This document shows positions 17,877 through 27,289 of a DNA stretch of 55,883 nucleotides, piece after piece; within the stretch, counting starts at the first letter, position 1, and each line of letters begins with the position of its first letter. The stretch lies in the NCBI GenBank assembly GCA_001672075.1, contig LJOT01000001.1, forward strand, positions 1-55,883. The letters are read 5' to 3'. Made by a program: the position numbers and the translations under genes. The DNA is from Anabaena sp. CRKS33 (lineage in GTDB: Bacteria; Cyanobacteriota; Cyanobacteriia; Cyanobacteriales; Nostocaceae). The notes under the pieces are model-generated. The model searched no databases, was not told the DNA's origin, and saw only the letters and a program-made list of their open reading frames with translations.

Positions 17877-18932
17877 ATGATTTCTCTTTCTCCTGAACTT
17901 CAAGCTAGACTTTCGACACCTCTCAAAATTGGCTCATTTGCGGTTAAAAGCCGTGTTTTACAGTCTCCATTGTCGGGGGTGACTGATTTGGTGTTTCGTC
18001 GTTTAGTACGTCGTTATGCACCAGAATCTATGATGTATACGGAAATGGTCAATGCAACGGGTTTACACTATGTTAACCAATTACCAAAAATTATGGAGGT
18101 AGATCCTCAAGAAAGACCTATTAGTATTCAATTATTTGATTGTCGTCCCGATTTTCTAGCGGAAGCAGCAATAAAAGCGGTTGCGGAAGGTGCAGATACT
18201 GTTGATATTAACATGGGATGTCCAGTGAATAAAATTACGAAAAATGGTGGTGGTTCTTCTTTATTACGTCAACCGGAAATTGCAGAGGCAATTGTGCGGG
18301 AAGTTGTGAAAGCGGTAGATGTTCCTGTCACTGTGAAAACTCGTATTGGTTGGAATGATCATGAAATTACTATTTTAGATTTTGCTAAACGCATGGAAGA
18401 CGCAGGAGCAAAAATGATTACTGTTCATGGACGCACTCGCGCTCAAGGTTATAATGGTAATGCGCGGTGGGAATGGATAGCTAAAGTTAAAAAAGTTCTG
18501 TCAATTCCTGTTATTGGTAATGGGGATATTTTTTCTGTGGAAGCTGCGGTAAAATGTTTAGAACAAACTGGCGCAGATGGGGTAATGTGTTCTCGTGGAA
18601 CTTTGGGTTATCCCTTTTTAGTTGGTGAAGTTGATCATTTCTTAAAAACAGGAGAATTATTACCACCACCTAACCCCATTCAACGTTTAGAATGTGCGCG
18701 AGAACATCTTTTTGCTTTATGGGAATACAAGGGAGATAGGGGAGTCCGTCAAGCGCGTAAACACATGACTTGGTATGCTAAAGGTTTTGCTGGTGCTGCT
18801 GATTTACGAGGTAAATTAAGTTTAATGGAAACTGTACAACAAGGTTTAGATTTGATTGATAGAGCTAAGGAAAATCTAACTCATGGTTATGAAATTGAGG
18901 AAGAAATACCCGCAACTATAGCAAAAATATAA
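17877..18932 (+). CDS. dusB: tRNA-dihydrouridine synthase B
   Basis: DINMGCP, VKTRIGW, TVHGRT, IGNGDI motifs. Confidence 0.92.
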   Translation: MISLSPELQARLSTPLKIGSFAVKSRVLQSPLSGVTDLVFRRLVRRYAPESMMYTEMVNATGLHYVNQLPKIMEVDPQERPISIQLFDCRPDFLAEAAIKAVAEGADTVDINMGCPVNKITKNGGGSSLLRQPEIAEAIVREVVKAVDVPVTVKTRIGWNDHEITILDFAKRMEDAGAKMITVHGRTRAQGYNGNARWEWIAKVKKVLSIPVIGNGDIFSVEAAVKCLEQTGADGVMCSRGTLGYPFLVGEVDHFLKTGELLPPPNPIQRLECAREHLFALWEYKGDRGVRQARKHMTWYAKGFAGAADLRGKLSLMETVQQGLDLIDRAKENLTHGYEIEEEIPATIAKI

Positions 18933-18946
18933 ACATTCAGGTTTCA

Positions 18947-19459
18947 TTAACGCGGAATGACATATCCTTCTGATGTCAATCCTTCTAATTTCAATTTTTC
19001 CAATGCTCTCTGCATGGCTCGTATCCCATATTTTCTGCCAATTTCTTCTGCTTCATTAGAAATTTGAGGTCCCACAGTTAAATAATACTTTCCCAGTGGT
19101 GTTTCGTAAAATGCAATAAGTCCTTTTATTTCTTCATTGGTAAAATATTTGTTATAAAGAGGAATTAATTCATCTACTATTTCCTCTAGTTTTAATTCAG
19201 CCAAAAAAGCATCTAAAAATTTTGCAGGTATTTGAGGATATTTAGCTTTGAAGCTATCTCTTAATTTGATTGTTTCTAACCTTGCTATGTTTTTAAAACC
19301 AGTTATATCTAACAATTTCTTGATATTACTGATTTTTTCTTGATCTTCAATTTTGTTGGTGGGTAAACTTGGAAGAACTCGAATTTGAGCAAAAACTGGG
19401 ATATTGACAGTAGAGATAAAGGAAAGTGAAACCGCGAAAATAAAAGTTTTTATTTGCAT
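18947..19459 (-). CDS. Exported DUF2059-domain protein
   Basis: Signal peptide from MQIKTF (19459); YNKYFTNEEIKGLIAFYETPLGK. Confidence 0.8.
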   Translation of the reverse strand: MQIKTFIFAVSLSFISTVNIPVFAQIRVLPSLPTNKIEDQEKISNIKKLLDITGFKNIARLETIKLRDSFKAKYPQIPAKFLDAFLAELKLEEIVDELIPLYNKYFTNEEIKGLIAFYETPLGKYYLTVGPQISNEAEEIGRKYGIRAMQRALEKLKLEGLTSEGYVIPR

Positions 19460-19560
19460 TGATTTAAAACCCAATTCTGTATTATAGCGGTTGTTGGTTG
19501 AGTGAAGTATAATATCCCCACAAAAGAGTAGGGGTTATGATGTAGAAACACTATCTTATA

Positions 19561-21021
19561 TTATTTCACAACTTTTAAAGTTTGTAAAGTTTCATCGGTA
19601 CAACCACTAATAAAACCACCCATATTTTGAATTTCTTGTAAATATTCTAAGGCTGATTTTGTAATTATTTCCCCCGGCATTAATATAGGAATTCCTGGAG
19701 GATAAGGACAAATAATTTCTGCACAAATTCTATCTTGGGTTTCCTCTACAGGTAATACTTCACTATTAGCAAAAAAGGCCTCACGGGGAGAAATGGACAG
19801 ATTATAGACAATTATAGCATCGCTTATATTCTTACACGGTTGACACTCAGATGTCAAGGGGGTGACATGGGTAAGATTATTTAATCCTTGAATTAGGTTT
19901 TGAATATCTGCTTTTGTGTTTCCTAAGCTAATAATAAATGTGAGATTTTGCCAAGATGAAAATTCTGGAGTGACATGGAATTTTTCATCTAAAATTTCTT
20001 CAGCCGCAAAGCCTGTAAATCCTATTTCACTAACATTTACAGTTAATCTAGTTTGATCTAGATCTATAAATCCTGGTGATTTGTTGCTATTAATTAAAGG
20101 AGTAGATAAACCGGGAATTTGATTAATTTTAATTATCGCTTCTTGCGCTAATTCCCAAGTTTGAGACATCAATTTTTTTCCATGTATTGCCATTTGATGA
20201 CGTGCAGCATCTAAAGAAGCTAAAAGAATAAAACTAGGGCTGGTAGATTGAACTAATTGTAAGGCTTTATTAACTCTATCAATATCAATTCTCTTACCTT
20301 GAATATGTAACATTGATGCTTGTGTCATTGCCCCTAATGTTTTATGAATTGATTGTATAGTTAAATCTGCACCTGCGGTTAAAGCTGAGTTCGGTAATTC
20401 TGGGTGAAAATGAAAATGTGCGCCATGGGCTTCGTCTACAATTAAAGGAATATTATATTGATTAGTTAGATGTGAAATCGCCTTTATATCTCCACAAACA
20501 CCATGATAAGTCGGATAAACTATCAATACTGCTTTTGTATCTGGATGTTTTATTAATGCTGCTTTTAATAATTCTGGTTTTATACTATATGCAATGTCTA
20601 AATATTCATCATATTCAGGATTTATAAAAATAGGAATTGCACCAGAAAGAATTAATCCAGAAATAACTGAAGAATGAACATTGCGCGGGAGAATTATTTT
20701 TTCTCCCATTCTACAAGTAGCAAGAATTGCAGCTGCAATTCCGCAGGTAGAACCATTAACTAAAAACCATGTTTTCTCAGCCCCAAAAGCCTCCGCTGCT
20801 AATTCTTGTGCTGCTAAAATTACACTTTGGGGTGTGAATAAATTATCTAATTCTGCTAATTCTGTTAAGTCAGCACGAAAGACATCTTGACCTAATAAAT
20901 CCCTTAAAATTGGGGAAATACCAGTACCGCGTTTATGTCCTGGGGTGTAAAATGGTGTATGAGAACGGGTTTGACAAGCTTTTAAAGCCTCTACAAGAGG
21001 GGTTTGATTTTGATTTGTCAT
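19561..21021 (-). CDS. Orn/Lys/Arg decarboxylase family PLP enzyme (fold type I)
   Basis: TPGHK, VNGST, VDEAHG, QSIHKT (PLP lysine), STSPS, PYPPGIP. Confidence 0.92.
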   Translation of the reverse strand: MTNQNQTPLVEALKACQTRSHTPFYTPGHKRGTGISPILRDLLGQDVFRADLTELAELDNLFTPQSVILAAQELAAEAFGAEKTWFLVNGSTCGIAAAILATCRMGEKIILPRNVHSSVISGLILSGAIPIFINPEYDEYLDIAYSIKPELLKAALIKHPDTKAVLIVYPTYHGVCGDIKAISHLTNQYNIPLIVDEAHGAHFHFHPELPNSALTAGADLTIQSIHKTLGAMTQASMLHIQGKRIDIDRVNKALQLVQSTSPSFILLASLDAARHQMAIHGKKLMSQTWELAQEAIIKINQIPGLSTPLINSNKSPGFIDLDQTRLTVNVSEIGFTGFAAEEILDEKFHVTPEFSSWQNLTFIISLGNTKADIQNLIQGLNNLTHVTPLTSECQPCKNISDAIIVYNLSISPREAFFANSEVLPVEETQDRICAEIICPYPPGIPILMPGEIITKSALEYLQEIQNMGGFISGCTDETLQTLKVVK

Positions 21022-21162
21022 ATTGGAATTGACCTTAGTATCCTTTAAGCAAGGAGTTAGGAAGAGGTAGGAGAGATATTTAAACAGAGGTCTATAGTAA
21101 ATTTTTGCGACTTTCCAAACAACCTCTCAGCAATACTAACTATTTTCTCGGCTCTGACATTC

Positions 21163-21347
21163 TGATATATAATAAACATATTGCGTAAACAACACGATAC
21201 CTTGTCCATTTTTTGTAGGTCGGGTTAAGCGACAGCGCAACCCGAAGCTCATGTTGGGTTATAGCTTCGCCACACTTCGTGAACGTACCTCAACCCAACC
21301 TACAAATCTGATATATGATATATAATAAACATATTGCCCAAACAACA
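21163..21347. repeat. REP doublet flanked by 32-bp direct repeats
   Basis: TGATATATAATAAACATATTGCnnAAACAACA at 21163-21194 and 21316-21347; internal TTTGTAGG...CCTACAAA at 21212-21306. Confidence 0.75.
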
Positions 21348-21431
21348 AGGAGGTAATTTAGAGTGTCAATGTGCGTTCTACAGTAAAAATCTCCTATTAA
21401 TTTTTAATTATCCCCCTCTTGTGAAATTGGA

Positions 21432-22154
21432 ATGTTAGACAAAATATTTAATTACCTAAACTTTCACTTCAGCGTTGAAGCGTCCATTGTTCTGTTAATT
21501 TTAGTATTTTTAGAAGCGGTACTATCCGCTGATAATGCGATCGCCCTCGCTGCGATCGCTCAAGGACTAGAAGACAAAAAACGAGAAGGTCAAGCGCTCA
21601 ACATTGGCTTAGTATTTGCTTATATTTTAAGAATTACCCTGCTGTTAACAGCGACTTGGGTACAAAAATTTTGGCAATTTGAACTTTTGGGTGCTGGTTA
21701 TCTCTTATGGTTAGTATTTCAACACTTTAGTTCTCAGGAAGACGACTCCAATCATCATCACGGTCCACGGTTTAACTCTTTGTGGCAAGCTATACCCGTA
21801 ATTGCCTTAACAGATTTAGCCTTTTCCTTGGATAGTGTCACAACCGCGATCGCAGTTTCCCAAGAAACCTGGTTAGTAATCACCGGTACAACCATTGGTA
21901 TTGTCACCCTAAGATTCATGGCTGGATTATTTATCCGTTGGTTAGATGAATATGAAAATTTAGAAGACGCGGGTTATATTACTGTCGCATTTGTGGGTTT
22001 ACGGTTGCTGTTAAAAGTCATCAATGATGATTTAGTGCCACCACAATGGCTAGTAGTGACTGTTATTGGTGTGATCTTAGCTTGGGGATTTTCCAAACGC
22101 ACCGTTGTTGAATTAGTCCCAGAAGAAAGGGAAAAAACTGAAGTCTCAAAGTGA
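21432..22154 (+). CDS. TerC-family integral membrane protein
   Basis: EAVLSADNA and DLAFSLDSV metal-binding motifs; multiple TM helices. Confidence 0.9.
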   Translation: MLDKIFNYLNFHFSVEASIVLLILVFLEAVLSADNAIALAAIAQGLEDKKREGQALNIGLVFAYILRITLLLTATWVQKFWQFELLGAGYLLWLVFQHFSSQEDDSNHHHGPRFNSLWQAIPVIALTDLAFSLDSVTTAIAVSQETWLVITGTTIGIVTLRFMAGLFIRWLDEYENLEDAGYITVAFVGLRLLLKVINDDLVPPQWLVVTVIGVILAWGFSKRTVVELVPEEREKTEVSK

Positions 22155-22167
22155 TGAGAACGGGAAT

Positions 22168-22212
22168 TAGGTGACAGGTAAGAGTTTTAGTACCTATTAC
22201 CTATTACCTATT
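22168..22212 (+). repeat. Composite STRR element (left flank of mrp operon)
   Basis: TAGGTGACAG-GTAAGAGTTTTAG-(TACCTAT)3. Confidence 0.75.
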
Positions 22213-22260
22213 AATTATAATTAGGGACAAAATTAACAAATTACTAGGTTTTAGTATCTT

Positions 22261-22923
22261 TTATAACAAACCGCGATAACGAATAAAAATCAAAACCACA
22301 GCCCAAGAACCTAATGCTACCTTAACAGCAACTAGGATGTTTAATATCGGTAAAATTCCACCACTAAATAAGGCCCCTAACTCACCGTGGGGTAATTCTA
22401 GCCCCGACAAAGTTATCACTGCTAAAACAATGAAAACCAATACCGAAATCTTTTCCCAAATAGCAGCGTGCCAACGTTGGTAAATATCCTGCATCCACTG
22501 GTATGATGAGGTAATTGCTATGAGTCCAATTGCTGTTCCCCCAGCGACTCCAGCCGCAAAACCGCCTCCAGGACTCAAATGTCCCCTAATTGCTAATTCA
22601 ATGCCCACTAATGCCGCAATTGTTGCCCCTAGACGAGCTAATATTATTGATGGTTGATCTTTAAATTGATACATGCTGCAAGATGGTTTTTCATTAGCTA
22701 ATAAAAAATTAGCTCCGAGAATGGCAATAGTGAAAACAATAACTTCAAAAATTGTATCATATAACCGATTTCTGAAAATAATCCCTGATACCGCGTTGGG
22801 AACTCCACTTTCTTTCACCACTGTTTCCACAATGGAAATATCTAGTGAATTTGGTTCGGAATGAGGCATAATCAGCATTTTCACAAATAAAGCTATTCCG
22901 GCTAAAATGTAAACTAATTTCAT
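22261..22923 (-). CDS. mrpB: Mrp Na+/H+ antiporter subunit B (with MrpA C-terminal-like segment)
   Basis: NAVSGIIFRNRLYDTIFE and GHLSPGGGFAAG. Confidence 0.88.
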   Translation of the reverse strand: MKLVYILAGIALFVKMLIMPHSEPNSLDISIVETVVKESGVPNAVSGIIFRNRLYDTIFEVIVFTIAILGANFLLANEKPSCSMYQFKDQPSIILARLGATIAALVGIELAIRGHLSPGGGFAAGVAGGTAIGLIAITSSYQWMQDIYQRWHAAIWEKISVLVFIVLAVITLSGLELPHGELGALFSGGILPILNILVAVKVALGSWAVVLIFIRYRGLL

Positions 22924-23486
22924 AAAGTTTGCTTCCCTGAATCTAAAACATTGAAATATTTTAAAGTGGTTTTTGGTGATGAAAGTTCACTTTCTACGAT
23001 GTTGTAAATGCGTTGCACTCTAATCACAGTTTGGTATGTTTCTTCTGCTTCCACAACCCTGTCTAATTGCACACAACTAGCATGAATTTCTTTTTCAATT
23101 AGTGCCTGTTGTAAAGTTTCTTGAGTAGGATAAGGTACAAGTTCTAGACGCAAATAATGTTTATTAAAAATGCTGCGAAAATCGTTTATTAGTTGTTGAA
23201 AATTGCTATCCTGATTTTTTTCTATTGACTGATGTTCCATGACACCAAGACGTAATACTAAGGATGAACGAACTGCGATCGCATATAAAGTAATTGATAG
23301 CATTGTTCCCATTAATGCTTCTGTTAATGCCACATCTGCTGCCCCTAAAACTGCATCTACCATAGCTGCCATTGCCCCTAATACCCCCCTAATTATTAAG
23401 GCATGATAGGGGTTAGTTTGAGTGACTACCATTCCCGCAGCTAGAGGTAATAAGGCAATAATTACATAGAGATAAGAATCATTCAT
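22920..23486 (-). CDS. DUF4040-domain Mrp subunit (MrpA/B-related fragment)
   Basis: LGAADVALTEALMG motif; overlapping stop/start within the operon. Confidence 0.82.
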   Translation of the reverse strand: MNDSYLYVIIALLPLAAGMVVTQTNPYHALIIRGVLGAMAAMVDAVLGAADVALTEALMGTMLSITLYAIAVRSSLVLRLGVMEHQSIEKNQDSNFQQLINDFRSIFNKHYLRLELVPYPTQETLQQALIEKEIHASCVQLDRVVEAEETYQTVIRVQRIYNIVESELSSPKTTLKYFNVLDSGKQTL

Positions 23487-23769
23487 TTTTCGCCTCTTCT
23501 GTTGAACAATATGCTATGACATAACCTAACATTGTATTCCAAATCGCTAAGGAAATAATCCCTAAAATTAGCAATGGCCATTGATGGGGTATTTTCATTA
23601 ACAGTCCCACAATTATTAACATTGAACCTAATGTATCAGCCACAGAAAGACCATGTAATTTGAATAATACTGATCTGTTACTGACTAAATGCCAAGTTCC
23701 CCAAAACCAGAAAAATATCCCTATCCCGATGAAGGTATAACTGATGAAAATAATAATATTATTATTCAT
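23479..23769 (-). CDS. mrpG: Mrp antiporter subunit G
   Basis: KLHGLSVADTLG motif; 3 TM helices. Confidence 0.85.
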   Translation of the reverse strand: MNNNIIIFISYTFIGIGIFFWFWGTWHLVSNRSVLFKLHGLSVADTLGSMLIIVGLLMKIPHQWPLLILGIISLAIWNTMLGYVIAYCSTEEAKNE

Positions 23770-24023
23770 GCTTCATTCAACCTTCTCAAAATATGTGCTA
23801 ATAACATAAAACCTGCATTTCCTACACTTAACATTATAGATGCTACTACTCCTATCATCCAATCATCTCGTAAAACGGACACTACGAGAATCATAATTGA
23901 TGCTTTACTGGAAATACTCCCTAAAGCTAACATTTTCTGCCATGTATCATCACTTTTACAGGCTTCATAAATGGGAATAAGTAAGGCTAAAATCATTGCT
24001 ATTAATACTATTTCTAGGTTCAT
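23766..24023 (-). CDS. mrpF: Mrp antiporter subunit F
   Basis: 85 aa, 3 TM helices, positioned between mrpE and mrpG. Confidence 0.7.
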   Translation of the reverse strand: MNLEIVLIAMILALLIPIYEACKSDDTWQKMLALGSISSKASIMILVVSVLRDDWMIGVVASIMLSVGNAGFMLLAHILRRLNEA

Positions 24024-24046
24024 AGTTAAAGTCCTATTGATTATTT

Positions 24047-24427
24047 TTATTCTCTTCCTGGTTTAATATGATGCACTTCATAAAACCCTTGTTCATTGTA
24101 TCTAACTACAATGGTTTTGGGGGTAAAGGTAATCAGAAAAACATCTACAAATATCAACAATGGTGATCTTTTGAGTTTAATTTCTTCGGGTATCATTTCC
24201 TCTTTGTTATGGGGACGGAAAATGATTTCAAATGCTTCCAGAAATGCTATAGGAATGGCAGTGAATATTTTACCCGTTACCTGTAACCATTCTGTTAATC
24301 TTTCCCTAGTTGTGAAACCTCGCGGTAAAATTAAGGCGATAATTACACCAATAATGATGTTTTCTACACTAAAGTTAGCAGTGAGTAAAAACCATATTGT
24401 TAGTCTTAATATTAGATGTCCAATCAT
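24047..24427 (-). CDS. mrpE: Mrp antiporter subunit E
   Basis: WFLLT and LITFTPKT; ATG 24427 overlaps the mrpD stop (ATGA). Confidence 0.85.
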   Translation of the reverse strand: MIGHLILRLTIWFLLTANFSVENIIIGVIIALILPRGFTTRERLTEWLQVTGKIFTAIPIAFLEAFEIIFRPHNKEEMIPEEIKLKRSPLLIFVDVFLITFTPKTIVVRYNEQGFYEVHHIKPGRE

Positions 24428-25860
24428 GCTAACGCCATCCAAAATATTACAATTAATGTTAAACTCATTACTCCCACTAAATTTTCAAATTTCTCCAACA
24501 TTCTTGGTACATAAATTGAGAGTTTTTTGAAAATTAAATGATATGCTAACCAACCAATGGCAATGGTAATAATCGCTTTACCAATATTTGCCATATCATA
24601 ACCTTGGAGATAGACAATATTCCCCACTATTAAACCACTAATTAACAAAGTTATAGCTATCCAAAATCCTGGTTTAATATTCTGTTCTCCCTCTTTACTG
24701 TGGGGTAAGAAAATGAATTTGGCAAAGGCTATGGCAGTTCCCACAGTCGCAATATTCATAGCGATAAATTGCCAAGATGTTAAACTTTTCATAGTTAACA
24801 CTTTTGCCCCAAAACCTGCTAATAATGGAAACCCAGAAATTGATAAACTGGCTATTACTAAAGGTATCCAAATTTTGGTATTAATCGCTTGATGTTGCAA
24901 TTCTTTAAAATTGCGACTGGGTAAAGAACCTGTCATCAAAAATAATGATGATTTTACTAGTCCATGAGTAAGTGCATAAAAACCACCTACTGCTGGTGCT
25001 GCGAGAATAAAACCTAGTTGGGATACGGTACTGAATGCTAACAGCCGCTTAGTATCTTTTTCTAATACTGCATAGGATACGCCCATTAAAGCAGTAGCTA
25101 CACCAAAGGTAGTAACTATAGTATTGAGTTCATCGGAAACAAAAGCACATCGCAGTAAAGGTAATACACTAGCTTTGACTACAATACCTGACATTAACGC
25201 CGAAACAGGTGTTTCTGATTCTGAATGGGTTAAAGGTAGCCATAAACCGGATACAAATATCCCTGCTTTAATTAATAACCCTAGAAATATTAAAGCTATT
25301 GCTTCTGGAGGTGCATCCTTTAAACCTGCAAAAGTAAATGAATGACTATTTTGATAGGCTAATATTCCACCCACTAAGTAAAATAACATGGAGGTGTTAC
25401 TCACAAATAGATAACGTAAAGCTACCCAAATTGAGCGATCGCTACGTGGATAAGCAATTAACAAGAAAGCCGCAATACCGCTTACTTCTAATGCTATATA
25501 CACACTAACAAGATCATTGCAAATAAAAGCAGCATTTAAACTACCATGTACTAAAATAGTTTGGGCAAAGAAAAAAGCATTTCTATCACTCTGCCAACAG
25601 TATAAAATTACCGCAGCAGTAACTAAAGCATTGGTGAGAATAAAATAACCGCTTAATTGATCTACTAACAAACTATTCCCAAAACTATCCAGTAATGTGA
25701 GATTAATAGTAGTAGGTACTATTAACATCTGTAACCCATAACCAGCAGAAGCTATAGTTCCCCATAATGCTAAATGTCGGTTAAGTTTGGGTACTAAAAA
25801 AATTATGAATCCTAGCAAAAATGGTATTGTTACCCAAGCAACAGTAATTTTATCCATCAT
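24424..25860 (-). CDS. mrpD: Mrp antiporter subunit D (NuoM/N-like)
   Basis: LLIKAG, WLPLTH, SALMSG, KRLLAFSTVSQLG, HGLVKS, GFPLLAGFGAK. Confidence 0.88.
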   Translation of the reverse strand: MMDKITVAWVTIPFLLGFIIFLVPKLNRHLALWGTIASAGYGLQMLIVPTTINLTLLDSFGNSLLVDQLSGYFILTNALVTAAVILYCWQSDRNAFFFAQTILVHGSLNAAFICNDLVSVYIALEVSGIAAFLLIAYPRSDRSIWVALRYLFVSNTSMLFYLVGGILAYQNSHSFTFAGLKDAPPEAIALIFLGLLIKAGIFVSGLWLPLTHSESETPVSALMSGIVVKASVLPLLRCAFVSDELNTIVTTFGVATALMGVSYAVLEKDTKRLLAFSTVSQLGFILAAPAVGGFYALTHGLVKSSLFLMTGSLPSRNFKELQHQAINTKIWIPLVIASLSISGFPLLAGFGAKVLTMKSLTSWQFIAMNIATVGTAIAFAKFIFLPHSKEGEQNIKPGFWIAITLLISGLIVGNIVYLQGYDMANIGKAIITIAIGWLAYHLIFKKLSIYVPRMLEKFENLVGVMSLTLIVIFWMALA

Positions 25861-25869
25861 TTATTTTCT

Positions 25870-26205
25870 TTATGGTGTATTATTTCTTTCAATTTCATCG
25901 GTTTCTAAGGTGGGATTATCCCTAGCTAATTTCATCACGCCCACAAGCATTAAAGCCTGAATGGAAAAGCCGATAACTATACCCGTCAAAATAACAGATT
26001 GGGGAGCAGGATCAGCATAAGCGAGATTTTTGACATCGGAAATAATGGGGGTAAATAAGCCTTCTCGTGATGCAATTAGTACATAAAAGGCAATCACACC
26101 TGTACTCATCACATCCATGGAGACAATTTTCATCACCAGGTTTTTTTTGAGGATAATTCCGAAAAAACCGCATAATATTGTTATTAGTACACAAGCTTCT
26201 AACAC
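25870..26205 (-). CDS. mrpC: Mrp antiporter subunit C
   Basis: GTG start; DPAPQSVILTGIVIG. Confidence 0.88.
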   Translation of the reverse strand: MLEACVLITILCGFFGIILKKNLVMKIVSMDVMSTGVIAFYVLIASREGLFTPIISDVKNLAYADPAPQSVILTGIVIGFSIQALMLVGVMKLARDNPTLETDEIERNNTP

Positions 26206-26447
26206 AGTAATTAATTAATTATTTTATTTTATGCTCAAGTGATAATTTAATATAAGCACAGATTTTTGGTACTAACTTAATATCAAGTGCTAAAATATTT
26301 TGATGATTATTATAATCATATCTAATGATTTAGTATCAAGGAAATTATGTATCACATCTTGTCATACAATCTTTTTTCCTACCCTCCAAAAGGAGGTTTT
26401 CAAAATCTCTTATGGTGTATTAAATTTTTCATATTTATTTCAGGTAA

Positions 26448-26520
26448 TAGGTGACAGATAACAGCTAAGAGTTTTACCACCCATTACCTATTACCTATTA
26501 CCTATTACTCATTACCTAAT
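26448..26520 (+). repeat. Composite STRR element (right flank of mrp operon)
   Basis: TAGGTGACAG...TAAGAGTTTTA...(TTACCTA)n, same orientation as 22168-22212. Confidence 0.75.
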
Positions 26521-26969
26521 TATTCATGCAACCAAGGTGTGATATGAGGTTGCCAAGCAACTAATTCTTCATCTTTAAACCATAAAGCGATTTCTGTTTG
26601 GGCTGTTTCTTGAGCATCAGAACCGTGAATCAGGTTACGACCTACGTTAACGCCAAAATCGCCACGAATTGTCCCTGGTTCTGCGTTTAAGGGGTTGGTT
26701 GCCCCAATAATTTTTCTCGCTGCTGCAACAACGCCCTCACCTTCCCAAACCATTGCTACCACTGGACTAGAAATGATAAATTCCACTAAACCAGGGAAAA
26801 AAGCTCTTTCACGGTGAACAGCATAGTGTTGTTCCGCTAATTCTCTACTGACTTTCATAAACTTCAACCCAACTAAGGTAAAGCCTTTAGTTTCAAAACG
26901 GCGGATAATTTCACCCACCAAACCACGCTGTACACCGTCCGGCTTAATTGCTAAAAATGTGCGTTCCAA
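26520..26969 (-). CDS. ndk: Nucleoside diphosphate kinase
   Basis: [29 protein letters not shown] start at 26969 follows the RBS GGAG. Confidence 0.96.
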   Translation of the reverse strand: MERTFLAIKPDGVQRGLVGEIIRRFETKGFTLVGLKFMKVSRELAEQHYAVHRERAFFPGLVEFIISSPVVAMVWEGEGVVAAARKIIGATNPLNAEPGTIRGDFGVNVGRNLIHGSDAQETAQTEIALWFKDEELVAWQPHITPWLHE

Positions 26970-27289
26970 GTCTGTCTCCAAAAACATAATCTAATTTTGA
27001 TGGGTTAATTGTCAGTTGTATTGATGTCTTTTGTCTAGTAGTCTGAGCAATTTTTTCTGATCATGGTGGATAATCGGATTCAATTACCATTTTCTTTGCC
27101 AATTACATACAGCAATAAGTAATTATCCATAGACTAACGCATATTTTTGTAACTAACCATTCTCAGCACAAAAGAGTATTGGCTGATTATCTTAAATCTT
27201 AATTAGAAATTATTTCTAGTCTTATATCCTTTACCAGACTATTTTGTTAAATTGTTAATTCGTGGGCAACACACAGAGGTCAGGAAGAA

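Noticed and set aside
24096-24530. Long antisense ORFs over membrane-protein genes (also 23689, 25124, 31547, 35726, 39614, 40593, 48782)
   Set aside because: They are typical stop-poor shadows opposite well-supported genes.
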